A stretch of 64,000 nt of DNA from Takakia lepidozioides (taxonomy: Eukaryota > Plantae > Bryophyta), in the NCBI GenBank assembly GCA_030704615.1, contig CM060734.1, positions 14,322,001-14,386,000 on the forward strand, read 5' to 3'. The stretch's first letter is position 1; every line of letters begins with the position of its first letter. The position numbers and the translations under genes are program-made. Of the stretch, positions 62,891 through 64,000 are shown piece after piece. Under the pieces are notes generated by a model. It ran no database searches. It had not been told where the DNA came from and saw only the letters and a list, made by a program, of their open reading frames with translations.

Positions 62891-64000
62891 ATAGTCTGAA
62901 AATCCACAGTGAACAGATAAGTTCTTGTGGTCTGTGGGGATATATTCTTTGAGGAGGTTCACTTGTGTGGATGCAGGTACTTTCACTTCGTTCTTATTCC
63001 AGATAAGGCTCTCAGTGATGATCCGGACTTCATTCGTGGATGGGCGAACCCAGACGACGACACCACAATGTTCACTGCGGGAATTGTGAAGGACTGGGGT
63101 CGGGCTCATTACCACGGCTACGGGTGGTACGTCGACTGCCCGAGGCAGTCCATTCCATAGGAGGAGAACGTCTTGAGGAATGAGAATGAGAATGTAGATG
63201 CCTTGGCACCCCGGACAGATGAGGAGTTGCAGGCTAGGTTCCTTGCGCAGCTGAGTAAGAAGGAGCCAACAAAGACGGCCACCCCCGTGGGTGGGAAGAA
63301 GAAAAACAAAGGGAAACAGGCTGGGGAGGCAGGTGGGTCTGCCGGTGCTGCGGCTGGCGTTGATGCTGGGTCAGGCCCTACAGGGACTGGTGGGGCAGTT
63401 CTTGATCGCCCACAGGCAAATGATCGCATTGTGCGTACAGAGGTCCAGCAGATTTCCCTCCCAACTGATGAAACAGGGCATGGAAACGCCCTTACGAAGC
63501 CCGACTTTGTGTCTCCATAGTAGTGGGTCTGCACTTCCAGCGGAAAACGACAAACGTCAGCTTCCTGCGTATGATGGAGTCCAGGAAGTCCACATTCACA
63601 GGGGTCAAATCTCCTGCATGGGACCATCTCTGCTCTTTCCTCACCCTGGTAATGCCCATGCATCTTTCAACTTTGATTCCCATTTCATGACATGGGTGGA
63701 TCAAGATGTCGTCAACGCCATCTTAATCCAGCAGTTCTTTGTACTGCCATTTCCCTGAATGAACACCAACCACCCAATTTGATTCGCTTGCATTTGCTTT
63801 TGGCAGGTGACCAAGAATCCATGCTGGGTGAACGGTGTCCAGCAGCCCTACGCCGCTAACCTTGTAATCCTTGACATCCCAGATGGGCAGCCTGTACTTG
63901 ATATCATTCCCCCTGCTGTGACTCCATAGTGGAATGCTCAAAACCCTCTGTATTGGCAGTGGGCATTCTCTTTCAGCAACAAGTTCCTCTCTGACGCAGG

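Larger units (their letters stand above)
52882..64000. mobile_element. Mutator-like ParB-MTase element, diverged copy 2 (runs off the window)
   Basis: The left end GCTATCGTGTGAGC resembles copy 1 GCTACCGCGTGAGC. Gene order, orientation and intron positions are the same. Confidence 0.75.
58973..64000 (+). pseudogene. ParB-methyltransferase gene copy 2 (disrupted, truncated by the window end)
   Basis: LYFTS..RARERMKKARR; FFVWDGNHRL (61112); ETSHVTTN; KLHRLSISMVD..WLEIWNSDP; LVILDIPDG (63873); YWQWAFSFSNKFLSD. Several nonsense codons are present. Confidence 0.85.

Overview
This is a eukaryotic land-plant genomic window, probably a bryophyte (inferred from the style of the PLS-DYW PPR repeats). 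It is rich in GT-AG introns and dominated by transposable elements. Ordinary content: one apparently intact PMEI-pectin methylesterase gene, a frameshifted PLS-E-DYW PPR gene, fragments of RPE and RPL31, two near-identical EN-RT LINE copies (one with a twin-priming 5' inversion), a Dualen/RandI-like LINE tail, a tRNA-derived SINE and CACTA-like non-autonomous ends. The main discovery is a large Mutator-like DNA transposon present as two diverged relatives (8094-19448 and 52882->64000). Each pairs a GCM/WRKY-like zinc finger + DDE + SWIM transposase with a divergently transcribed, spliced gene encoding a ParB/Srx-like domain (DGNHR) fused to a beta-class DNA amino-methyltransferase-like domain. 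Each element also carries its own 22-32 bp palindrome with a shared GTYRAC core, clustered at homologous positions (left subterminus, intron 1, intron 5). This suggests a ParB/parS-like or methylase-target system inside a plant transposon. A third, more distant ParB+MTase-like gene lies next to an RPA-like OB-fold gene at the start of the window. All domain calls come from motif recognition by eye with no database searches; coordinates may be off by a few bases.
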